From Basidiobolus meristosporus CBS 931.73 (lineage: Eukaryota > Fungi > Basidiobolomycota): a DNA stretch of 64,000 bases. Below, piece by piece: positions 51,700-61,002 of the stretch. Where the stretch lies: NCBI GenBank assembly GCA_002104905.1, contig MCFE01000341.1:27672-91671 (forward strand), given 5' to 3'. Positions within the stretch are counted from its first letter, which is position 1. Every line of letters begins with the position of its first letter. A program made the translations under genes and the position numbers. The notes beneath the pieces are model-generated. The model ran no database searches, was not told the DNA's origin, and saw only the letters and a program-made list of their open reading frames with translations.

Positions 51700-51711
51700 G
51701 GTTATGAGCCC
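51700..51711 (+). promoter_or_regulatory. Primer-binding site GGTTATGAGCCC (half-tRNA-iMet, Hemivirus-type priming)
   Basis: Immediately after the LTR. Complementary to the GGGCUCAUAACC anticodon arm of fungal initiator tRNA, as in yeast Ty5. Confidence 0.8.
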
Positions 51712-51735
51712 CGATTGCCTTAACCTATTCTAAAG

Positions 51736-54700
51736 ATGACTTCTACCAGCAAACAAAGCAATACCAACATCTTCCCTGTAAAGGAGAGGTTTGATGGGAA
51801 GAACTACAGACTTTGGAGAATCAAGATGCAGATCCACCTTGAGGAAAGAAAGCTTTGGAATATAGTAACAGGAAAGGAAGTTGAGCCCAAAGGAACAGCA
51901 GAAGATGTGGAGAAGTTTCAAGAGAAGGAGAGAAAGGCCTTCAATGCAATATGCATCAATGTGCAAGACTCCTTCATTGGACAAATCCATGCCTCAAATA
52001 CTGCCAAAGCAGCATGGGAATCCTTGGAGAAGATCTTTAGAGCAAAGTCAGTATCAAGCAAGCTTTATTTGAAACGAAAGTTCTTCAACATGAGAAAAAA
52101 GCCAGATGATGACATGCTACAACTCATTACCAGAATGGAGACACTTGCAGAAGAACTTTACAGTATTAATGCTGGTGTAGATGATGAAGAAAAGATACTC
52201 TGTCTGCTTTGCAGCCTACCAGACGAGTATGAGCCACTCATACTTTCTTTTGAAAGCAGAGAAGACAACTTGACTTTAGACTATGTCAAAGGAAGACTTC
52301 TCCATGAAGAACTCAGACGTAATGACCAAGCAGAGAAAATTGAAGATAATGCTTTATTCAGTTCAGAAAGGCATACAGAAAAGAAGGGAAAGCAACAAAA
52401 CCGAAGAAAACCTGGCTGCTGTAACTACTGTAAGAAGCCAGGACACTGGGCAAGAGAATGCAAGAAGAAACAAGCAGACGAAAAACAGAAACTAGAGCAG
52501 GCAAACCATATAACTACTGATGAACAGCTATTTGTCACTGCACAAGAGAGTGCAAGTAACCGAAGTAATGAATGGTATATTGACTCTGGAGCATCACAGC
52601 ATATTTGTGGTATAAAGGATTGGTTCAGCAACTTAAAGACTATTCCCGTAAGAAAGGTTTATCTGGGAGATAACTCTGCATTGGAAGCTACCGCCAGTGG
52701 GTCCATACAACTAAATATGAGTGATAACTCAGGGGCAACAACAGCAAAACTGACTGACGTACTCTATGTACCTGGAATAGCTAAGAACCTACTCTCAGTC
52801 AGTAAAGCAACTACTCAGGGACTGAAATTCGTTTTTACTAAGCTGAGCTGCTCAATATTGAGTGAAAATGGACAAAAATTAGCTTCGGGAATCAGAGATC
52901 ACAATATATACAAGTTACAATGCAAGATCATTGTACCTGAGTATGTCAACATTGCTGAAACCGATGAAACCAACTGGGAGACGTGGCATAGGAGGCTAGG
53001 ACACATAGGGGAACAGAAAATGAGCCAATTGGTGAAAAATCAGCTTGTTTTGGGCCTAAAATACTCAATTCCAATCAAATTGAATGTTTGTAAAGGATGT
53101 TCATATGGCAAACAAGCTAGGCAACGTTTCAAGAGCTCAGAAGGCATCAATACCACCGAAATATTGGCTATTGTACACTCAGACATATGTGGCCCCATGA
53201 GAACACTGTCCTTTGGAGCCAAGAGATACTTTATGACGTTTATTGATGACAAGACAAGATATACATGGGTGTACTTCCTCAAAACAAAGGATGAAGCTTT
53301 AGAGACGTTTAAGCACTTCAAGAACATGGCAGAAACACAAACTGGGTGTAAATTGAAGGTACTACGAAGTGACAATGGAGGAGAATACTGCTCAAAGGAG
53401 TTTGCAAAATACTACTTGTCTACTGGTATACTTCAACAGACCACAGTTCCTCATACTCCACAGCAAAATGGAGTAGCAGAACGTGCAAACAGAACAATAG
53501 TAGAGATGGGAAGATCTATGCTACATGATAAGGGAATGGACTACAAGTTTTGGGCTGAATCTGTTGCTACCGCTGTATACATCAAGAACAGATGCCCAAC
53601 AACAGCACTACGTGATTCTACACCCTTTGAAGCATATACAGGCAAAAAACCAGATCTCCAGCACCTCAGGATCTTTGGCAGTGATGTTTTTTATCACATC
53701 CCTGACAAAAAACGCTCAAAGTTGGAACCAAAGAGTAGAAAAGGGATCTTTCTTGGGTATTGTGAAGGTACTAAAGGGTATAGAGTGTATGATGGCGAAA
53801 TTCAGAAGCTGATCAAGAGCAGGGACGTTGTATTTGAGGAGAATTCACATCAGAAAGCCACAGAAATCATTGGCCAGCTGCCTGATGATGCAATCAACAC
53901 AAATGAAGAAGATACGTACCAAATCCAGCCAGAGATGGAAGATACTTCTACCAGTTCCAGATCAGAACAGATTATCCCAGTTAGGAGATCTACCAGAATA
54001 AGAAATGCCCCTGGATCCTGGTGGCAGACATCCAATGATCATGAAGAAGCTTATCTTGCCTTATGTGCCGAACCTCAGAATCTGGAACAGGCAATGCAAG
54101 GTCCAGATGCTACTAAGTGGCAACAAGCCATGCAGGAGGAGTACCAATCACTGATCAAGGCAAAAACGTGGGAACTGGTAGATTTACCAAATGGGAGAAA
54201 GCCAATAGGATGTAGATGGGTCTATAAGATCAAGATAACCTCAAATGGTGCCGTTGATAAGTACAAGGCTAGATTGGTAGCTAAAGGCTATTCCCAGATC
54301 CAGGGACTAGACTTTAAGGAAACATTTGCTCCAGTTGCCAAGTTTAACTCTATTAGGACAGTTCTAGCCCTGGCAGCTGTACACAGTCTAGATCTACACC
54401 AAATGGACGTCAAAACAGCCTTTCTAAATGGGGATTTGCAAGAAACTATATATATGGAGCAACCAGAAGGTTTTACCGATCCAAAAAGCCCCCATAAGGT
54501 GTGCAAACTTAGAAAATCGTTGTATGGGCTTAAGCAGGCACCCAGAGCATGGTATAACAAGATTGACACATATCTAGAGGAAATTGGGTTCTCTCGTAGC
54601 ACTGCAGATCACAGTATATATGTGAAACAGCTCAAAAAGGGTGTGATCATCCTAGTTCTTTATGTGGACGACCTAATTATAGCTACAAGTGATCAAGAGG

Positions 54701-55653
54701 CACTTAAACAGACGAAATCAGATCTCTTCAGCAAGTTTGAGATGAAAGATCTTGGAAAATTGAGCTATTTTCTTGGAATTGAGGTCAAATTTGACATACC
54801 TACGCAGAAAATTGTGCTGAATCAGTCCAAGTACATCAGGGACATTCTTAGACGCTTCAAAATGGAAAATTGCAAACCTGCAGCAACCCCTATGGACAAT
54901 AACCTGAAATTAAGCAAATCTCAGCCAGTTATGGATGAAAACGGCTCAAATATGGACCAAAACTTTCCCTATCAATCAATGGTCGGTAGCCTAATGTACT
55001 TGATGGTGTCTACACGTCCAGATATTGCAGTAGCAGTTGGAATAGTCAGTCAATTCATGCAGAATTATGGATCAGATCAAATTGCAGCAGTTAAGCGAAT
55101 TTTCAGATATCTACAAGGTACCATAAATATGGTACTGGAATACTCTGGAGCAGCTAATAGGCGAAAATTTGATGGTTATAGTGATTCAGATTGGGGTACA
55201 GATCTGATTGACAGACGCTCTACCACAGGCTATGTATTTCTTTATGCTGGTGCAGCTATTACTTGGAATTGCAAGAAACAACCAACTGTGGCACTATCTA
55301 CAACTGAAGCCGAATATATGGCTGCATGTCAAGCAACTAAGGAGGCTATATGGCTACGAAAATTATTCAAAGACTTAGGTTTTAATTCAGGTGAACCAAC
55401 ATGTATTTACAAGGATAATCAAAGTTGTATTTCATTAGCTAGAAATCCTACTAATCATGCCAGAACTAAGCACATTGATATACAGCATCACTTTGTGAGG
55501 GAAGCTGTAGAAAATAACTTAGTAGAGCTGGTTTACTGCCCAACTGAGAAAATGGTGGCAGACATATTGACAAAACCACTAGCTAGGCCACAGTTTGAGA
55601 TCCTTAGAGAGAAATTGGGATTAAGAAATTATTTAGTTGAGGGGGAGTGTTGA
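51736..55653 (+). CDS. Ty1/copia gag-pol polyprotein (1305 aa)
   Basis: CNYCKKPGHWAREC, WYIDSGAS, HRRLGH...CKGC, HSDICGP/RSDNGGEY/NGVAERANR (DDE), LYVDD, YSDSDW/TEAEY/ADILTK. The stop codon lies 6 nt inside the 3' LTR. Confidence 0.97.
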   Translation: MTSTSKQSNTNIFPVKERFDGKNYRLWRIKMQIHLEERKLWNIVTGKEVEPKGTAEDVEKFQEKERKAFNAICINVQDSFIGQIHASNTAKAAWESLEKIFRAKSVSSKLYLKRKFFNMRKKPDDDMLQLITRMETLAEELYSINAGVDDEEKILCLLCSLPDEYEPLILSFESREDNLTLDYVKGRLLHEELRRNDQAEKIEDNALFSSERHTEKKGKQQNRRKPGCCNYCKKPGHWARECKKKQADEKQKLEQANHITTDEQLFVTAQESASNRSNEWYIDSGASQHICGIKDWFSNLKTIPVRKVYLGDNSALEATASGSIQLNMSDNSGATTAKLTDVLYVPGIAKNLLSVSKATTQGLKFVFTKLSCSILSENGQKLASGIRDHNIYKLQCKIIVPEYVNIAETDETNWETWHRRLGHIGEQKMSQLVKNQLVLGLKYSIPIKLNVCKGCSYGKQARQRFKSSEGINTTEILAIVHSDICGPMRTLSFGAKRYFMTFIDDKTRYTWVYFLKTKDEALETFKHFKNMAETQTGCKLKVLRSDNGGEYCSKEFAKYYLSTGILQQTTVPHTPQQNGVAERANRTIVEMGRSMLHDKGMDYKFWAESVATAVYIKNRCPTTALRDSTPFEAYTGKKPDLQHLRIFGSDVFYHIPDKKRSKLEPKSRKGIFLGYCEGTKGYRVYDGEIQKLIKSRDVVFEENSHQKATEIIGQLPDDAINTNEEDTYQIQPEMEDTSTSSRSEQIIPVRRSTRIRNAPGSWWQTSNDHEEAYLALCAEPQNLEQAMQGPDATKWQQAMQEEYQSLIKAKTWELVDLPNGRKPIGCRWVYKIKITSNGAVDKYKARLVAKGYSQIQGLDFKETFAPVAKFNSIRTVLALAAVHSLDLHQMDVKTAFLNGDLQETIYMEQPEGFTDPKSPHKVCKLRKSLYGLKQAPRAWYNKIDTYLEEIGFSRSTADHSIYVKQLKKGVIILVLYVDDLIIATSDQEALKQTKSDLFSKFEMKDLGKLSYFLGIEVKFDIPTQKIVLNQSKYIRDILRRFKMENCKPAATPMDNNLKLSKSQPVMDENGSNMDQNFPYQSMVGSLMYLMVSTRPDIAVAVGIVSQFMQNYGSDQIAAVKRIFRYLQGTINMVLEYSGAANRRKFDGYSDSDWGTDLIDRRSTTGYVFLYAGAAITWNCKKQPTVALSTTEAEYMAACQATKEAIWLRKLFKDLGFNSGEPTCIYKDNQSCISLARNPTNHARTKHIDIQHHFVREAVENNLVELVYCPTEKMVADILTKPLARPQFEILREKLGLRNYLVEGEC

Positions 55654-56016
55654 AATATTGGACTATTTGGTATCATTCAGCAGCTAAAAATTTACTTAAC
55701 AATTCTAGGCTAGTCTTAGTCACTGTAGGACTCATTTACTGCCTTTACTTTGCCACTTTCTCCAGATATATGATCTTATGATTATTCCCCTATAGTCAGG
55801 ATCAAATTAGCACTATTACCAAACATTATGTACTAACCCTGAAACTGTTACAGAATGCTCCTGAATATTGAGAAACCCTCCCTACTTGGTGTTGCAGCTG
55901 TATTACTTCTACAAAGGTATAAATACTGAGCTTCTTTATGAATAAACAACAGTTCAACTATTATCACTATTTCTTGATAAGTTCCTTATATCCAAATCAC
56001 TTCTTAAATTGCAACA

Positions 56017-58340
56017 CTGCCAAAGTAACATTGGAATCTTTAAAGAGGAACTTTAGAGCAAAGTCAGTATCAAGCAAGCTTTATTTAAAACAAAAGTTCT
56101 TCAACATGGGCAAGAGGCCAGATGATCACAATCTACAGCTCATAACCAGATTGCAATACTTGTAAAAGAACATCAGAGTATTAATGCTGATGTAGATGAT
56201 GAAGAAAAAATGCTTGATTGCATTACAGCATACTAGATAAGTATGTGCCACACATACTGTGCTTCAAGAGCAGAGAAGAAAATCCAACCCAAGACCATTC
56301 CAAAAGAAGACTTCTCCATGAAGAACTCAGTTGCAATGCTGTATTCAGATCAGAAAGGCACTCAAGACAGAAGGGAAAGTAACAAGACCAAAGAAAACCT
56401 GCATGCTGTAACTACTGTAAGAATCCAGGACACTGGGCAAGAAGATGCAAGAAGAAACAAGCCAACAAAAAATAGACAATAGAGTATGCTAACCATATAG
56501 CTATAAATGAGCAGCTGCCTCTTACTTTACAAGTGAGAGCAAGTAAACAGAGTAACAAACTGTATAAATACTCCAGAGCATCATAGCACATTTGCAGTAC
56601 AAAGGAGAGGTTCAGAAGCTCAAACACTATTCTTGTTAGAAAGGTTTATCTGGGAGACAACTCTGCTCTGCAGTAACCTCTGTGGACCGTAACCTGATAT
56701 TGAGAAAATCTCAGCCTGTTATGAGTGAAAATAATTCAGATATGAACCAAATCTTTCCCTATCCCTGATGCATTTGAAGATGTCTACACTTTCAGATATA
56801 GCAGTGGCAGTGGGAATAGTCAGTCAGTTTATGCAAAATTATGATCAGATCAAATTAAAGCAGTTAAGCAGATTTTCAGATAATTACAAGGTACCATGAA
56901 TATGATACTGGTATACTCCAGAGCAGCTAATAGGCAAAAATATGATGCATAAAGTGATTTAGATCAGGGTAGGGATCTGATTGACAGATACTCTACACTG
57001 CAGGTGTATTTATATATGCTGGTGCAGCTATCACCTGATTGTTTGAAACAACCATCAATGGCACTCCCTACAACTGCAGCTGAGTATGTGGCTCCTTGTC
57101 AAGCAACTGAGGAGGCCATATACCTACAAAAGGTATTCATGGACTTAGGTTTTTGTTCAGATGAACCAACATGTATTTACAAGGATAATCAAAGCTGTAT
57201 CTCAAAGGCTAGGAGTTCTACTAATCATAACAGAACTAAGCACATAGAGATGCTAGCCCTTTTTGTGAGGGAAACAGTAGAAATAACTTAGTGGAGCTTT
57301 TTGACTGCCCATCTGATAAAATGGTGGCAGATATACTGACAAAACCACTAGCTAACCCACAGCTTGAAAATCTAAGAGAGAAATTAGGAATAAGACATCA
57401 TCTAGTTAAGGGGTACTGTTGAAATATTGAGCTATTTGGTATCATTCTGCAGCTAAAGACTTACTTAACAACTCTGGATTAGTCTGGGTCACTGTAGGAA
57501 CCACTTGCAGATCTAGTCTTGCTGTTTTCTTTTGGATCTATGACTTTATGATTTTTCACCTATAGTCAGGATCATTTTAGGACTTTTATAAAACATTATG
57601 TATCAATCCTGAAACTGTATTAGTATGCTCCTGAATGTTGAGAAACTCTGTTTACTTAGTGTTATAGTTGTCCTACTTCTATGTTTTGAAGTGTTGAGCT
57701 ATTTGGTATTATTCAGCAGCTAAAAATTTGCTTAAAAATTCTGGTCTAGTTTTGGTCACCTTTGGACTAGCTTACCACCCTAATTTTGCCATTTTCTTAA
57801 GATCTAAGATCCAATGATTGTACCCTTATAGTAAAGATCAAATTAGCACTTTTACCAAATATTATGTACTAAACCTGAAACTGTTACAGATTGCTCCTGA
57901 GTGTTGAGAAGCTCTCCTTGCTAGGTGTTGAAGTTGTATTATTTCTACAATGGTATAAATAGTGAGCTTTTCATGAATAAACTTCACTTCAACTTTTATC
58001 ATAATTTCTTGAAAAGTCCCTTATATCCAAATCACTTTGTAAATTGCAAAAATGAGTATAGCAAACAAAGACAGTTAAAAAAATTGCATCCCTGATTTTA
58101 TAAAAAGCTTAGTCAATATGTTTCATCATGTGAATACAAAGGTAATCTTTCATTGGTTCTGTTAAAATATTGGAATATTTGATATCATTCAGCAGCTAAA
58201 AATTTGCTTAACAGCTCTAAGCTTGTCTTGGTCACTGTAGTACTAATTTGCTGCCCCAACTTTGCCAGTTTCTTCAGATCTATGATCCAATGATCATTTC
58301 CCTATAGTCAAGATCAAATCAACAATTTTTACCAAGCATT
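56017..58340 (+). mobile_element. Older, internally deleted C1-family element (gag also at 51151-51330) with RT/RNase H tail and stacked LTRs (~57417-57690, ~57692-58030, partial ~58165-58337)
   Basis: Its gag continues across the C1 insertion (…GACACTGCC|AAAGTAACATTGGAATC). KDNQSCIS motif. LTR similarity to C1. Confidence 0.85.
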
Positions 58341-59080
58341 AGACTTGTTCCATTGTACCATGCCAGGGCGCGCAGCGCAATCCGCAGTTGTAAAGAACAA
58401 TCAGGCGCAATATTATAGCTACCAAAACGCAGGATTGTTCATGGATGATTTTTCACTATGCGGGATGATCTTGCACACTATGGCACAATCTGACACAATG
58501 AGGTTGGCACGGATGATTGTGCCAACTCATAATGTTTGCATCACGTGCGCAATCAGATACCGCTATTATGGCAGGTAAAATCCAGTATTTGGATATGTTT
58601 CTTTAATGTAAATGGAAATAAATGTGTATTGCACTATAAACTACACTGATACTTACCATTTTGGTTACCCTCACTCAAATTGGATGGTATCTCAGTAGTT
58701 AATTGGTCCAAAAGTATCCTGAAGCTGGCAGCCCCCAATTGGCTCATGGATTACTAAACAAGCTACGTGATTTGCCATCAAATATCCCATTTTGCACATT
58801 GAGCAAGTAAATCCCTGATCCTAGTGATTGGACAAGGTGTCATAACTAGCACGCAAGCAATCAGGTAGGTGCAAAACAGATCCAATAGCTGCACTGGTAT
58901 TACAGATGATATATATATGCAGGGTGTTTATTTATAGGGGTTCTGTCTCAAATGTGAGACAACCTTGATGTTACTTATATCAAAAATTTGATGATCACTG
59001 ATTTGCAATGGCTCAATTTGGATTGCAAAAAAAAGGGTTGTTGGGATCATTACAAATGTGAGCAATTCAAATCAATTGCA

Positions 59081-60169
59081 TTATCTTCTGGGTTTTTTTC
59101 TCACAGGGATTACTACTGAAGCATTTGGTAGTGACTCACTTTGCACACCTATACTACTTCCTGGCTGACTATCATCTTGGCTACTTGTGTATTTGTAGTC
59201 AGTATTTTGCCTCCTAGTTGATGAGTGCAATGCTGCAGCTTGGCCATGCTGAATTGCTCCAACTGAACCAACTGAATGAGCCTGTAGTGCCATGCGCTGC
59301 CGTGTTCTTTTACTTGCCAAGGGCTCTAGTGGTTGAGGCACTTCATGCTGGTCATCATCAGTCAGTTCACCAGAAGTAACTTGCTGATGGTCAGGCAAAA
59401 TGGCACGCGCAGGCATGCCTTGACGTGTTGAGATGGCCCTTGGCTGAGTTTGATGTGATGCTGCATGTTGACGTGACTTTGTCCGCTCCAATGGACTTGT
59501 GTCTAAATGAGCAGTTTGGCAAGTTCTCATAGTTTTGCTCTGAAGCACGCGTGTTGACTCAATGCGTGGCGTTCTGGTAAAGGGTGTTGGCGTGGTCTGG
59601 ACTGACATGCACCGGCGTGCTGTGGTTGCAAGAGATGGTAGGGAATCCAGCAAGGTGTGCTGGCGCACTCTGGACTATGTTGCTTGCAGTCTGTATTCTT
59701 CCTCCTGAAGCTCACCATCTGATTCCTCAAGGTATTCACTTACCCTCTGTCTGATACTTTGGAGCTGTTGCCTGGATGAGTCCTGTGTATATTGCTCTCG
59801 GAAGCCACTTAGCTCTACTAATATATCACGCAGTACATTAGTCATTTGAGGCAAAAACTCATACAAAATCTCTTTGGTTCCCAAAGTTGAGGCACAAACA
59901 GATGCATCTGGCCTGTACTGTGCAAATTGAGTGCAAAATTGTTCCCGCGCGGCTTCTTTGTCAAATCCCCTCACTATCAGCTCATTCTTGATTTCAATAC
60001 TTGTCTTGTTATATATCTTTTTACATACATTGGCCGGCATCTTGATGTAGAACTCATGCCACAGCTTTCTACTCAAGTTCTTCCATCTATGTTGACTCTC
60101 TGAGGTATCTAGTTCTGCTAGATTAATCAGTAGTTCCCAAATATCTGTATGAAGGCTCATCATAGACAC
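59081..60169 (-). pseudogene. Accessory ORF of the PHIS element (~360 codons; one in-frame TAG at 59675-59677); possible Myb/SANT-like N-terminus, basic C-terminus
   Basis: Track ORFs 59675-60169 and 59081-59668 are in the same frame. IWELL...QHRWKNLSRKLW resembles a trihelix/Myb helix pattern. PVRKKPRR is NLS-like. Confidence 0.65.
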
Positions 60170-60669
60170 TTAGGCCATACTAAAATCATTTGGCAAGAAC
60201 TCAAATGGATCCAACATCAACTTTTGCGGTCCAGACCACGCTTGTGAGCTGGGGGATGGGTTTTGTCTGGGTTATACTAAAGATGAGTTGAGGCTTGGTA
60301 TGGGGACCATAGCAACGGATTTGGATACTTATACAGCAGTATATTGGCATCAACCTGGTCTTATATGAAATATACACAAAAACTCATGTGATTGTTAAAT
60401 TTTCCATATATTATGCATGATGCATCTTGGATTGTGTTGACATGGATCAGATCACATCAATTGCAGATTTCCTATTTGATTATAGACCTATGATTAAAGC
60501 ATCAATAAAAGTACCAAGGCATTGTTTGCGGATGATTTTTGCAACATAATGATGGGATACATGGCAATTGATGGAGATTTAACCATAATGTATTACAAAT
60601 CAGATAAATAATGCGGATCACGCCAAATCAATTCAAACTGCCTCCATACAATCATCCACCAATTTTGAT

Positions 60670-61002
60670 ATGACTTACTCATCTGAATGGTCTTTTCTCA
60701 TCAATCCCATCACCACCACTGAATTTCCTTTTGACACACTAGAGGAGATCTATTCCAAGTACTGCGGACCATCAACCCCAATCTACTCAAGGAGAACCCT
60801 TGTCAAGCTTCTCTGCTATTACAAGAACTATTGCCCTACAAGGTTTCATCCCACCATCCATGGCAACAAAAGTCCTAGAAGCTTTCATTCCCAGCAGACA
60901 GCAATGGAGAACCACCTTGCAGAGGGTATGAATGACTTAGAGCAACCTTGGAATAATAGGTTCAGAAGCTCCAATAGACTTCCATATCCCAGAGTGTTCA
61001 GC
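60670..61002 (+). pseudogene. PHIS transposase N-terminal part, truncated by the gypsy insertion
   Basis: YSRRTLVKLLCYYKNYCPTRFHPTIHG...RLPYPRVFS is colinear with 19835-20065, which continues into the DDE domain. Track ORF residues after 61002 are LTR-derived. Confidence 0.8.

Larger units (their letters stand above)
51331..56016 (+). mobile_element. Intact, very young Ty1/copia element C1 (4686 bp)
   Basis: LTRs 51331-51699 and 55648-56016 (369 bp, one A/G difference seen). TSD CTGCC. PBS 51700-51711. PPT 55639-55647. Single open gag-pol. Confidence 0.98.
58341..61002. mobile_element. PHIS-type DNA transposon, left end plus two divergent ORFs, cut by the G1 insertion at 61003
   Basis: Begins AGACTTGTTCCATTG (same as the MITE TIR) after ATT. 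Carries the accessory ORF (-) and transposase N-terminus (+). Retains CpGs. Confidence 0.85.

Noticed and set aside
58498-58660. Small hairpin (ATGAGGTTGGCAC...GTGCCAACTCAT) and a GTAAGT donor on the minus strand, hinting at a third gene in the PHIS element
   Set aside because: No sustained ORF and no second copy for comparison. It may be a subterminal motif only.
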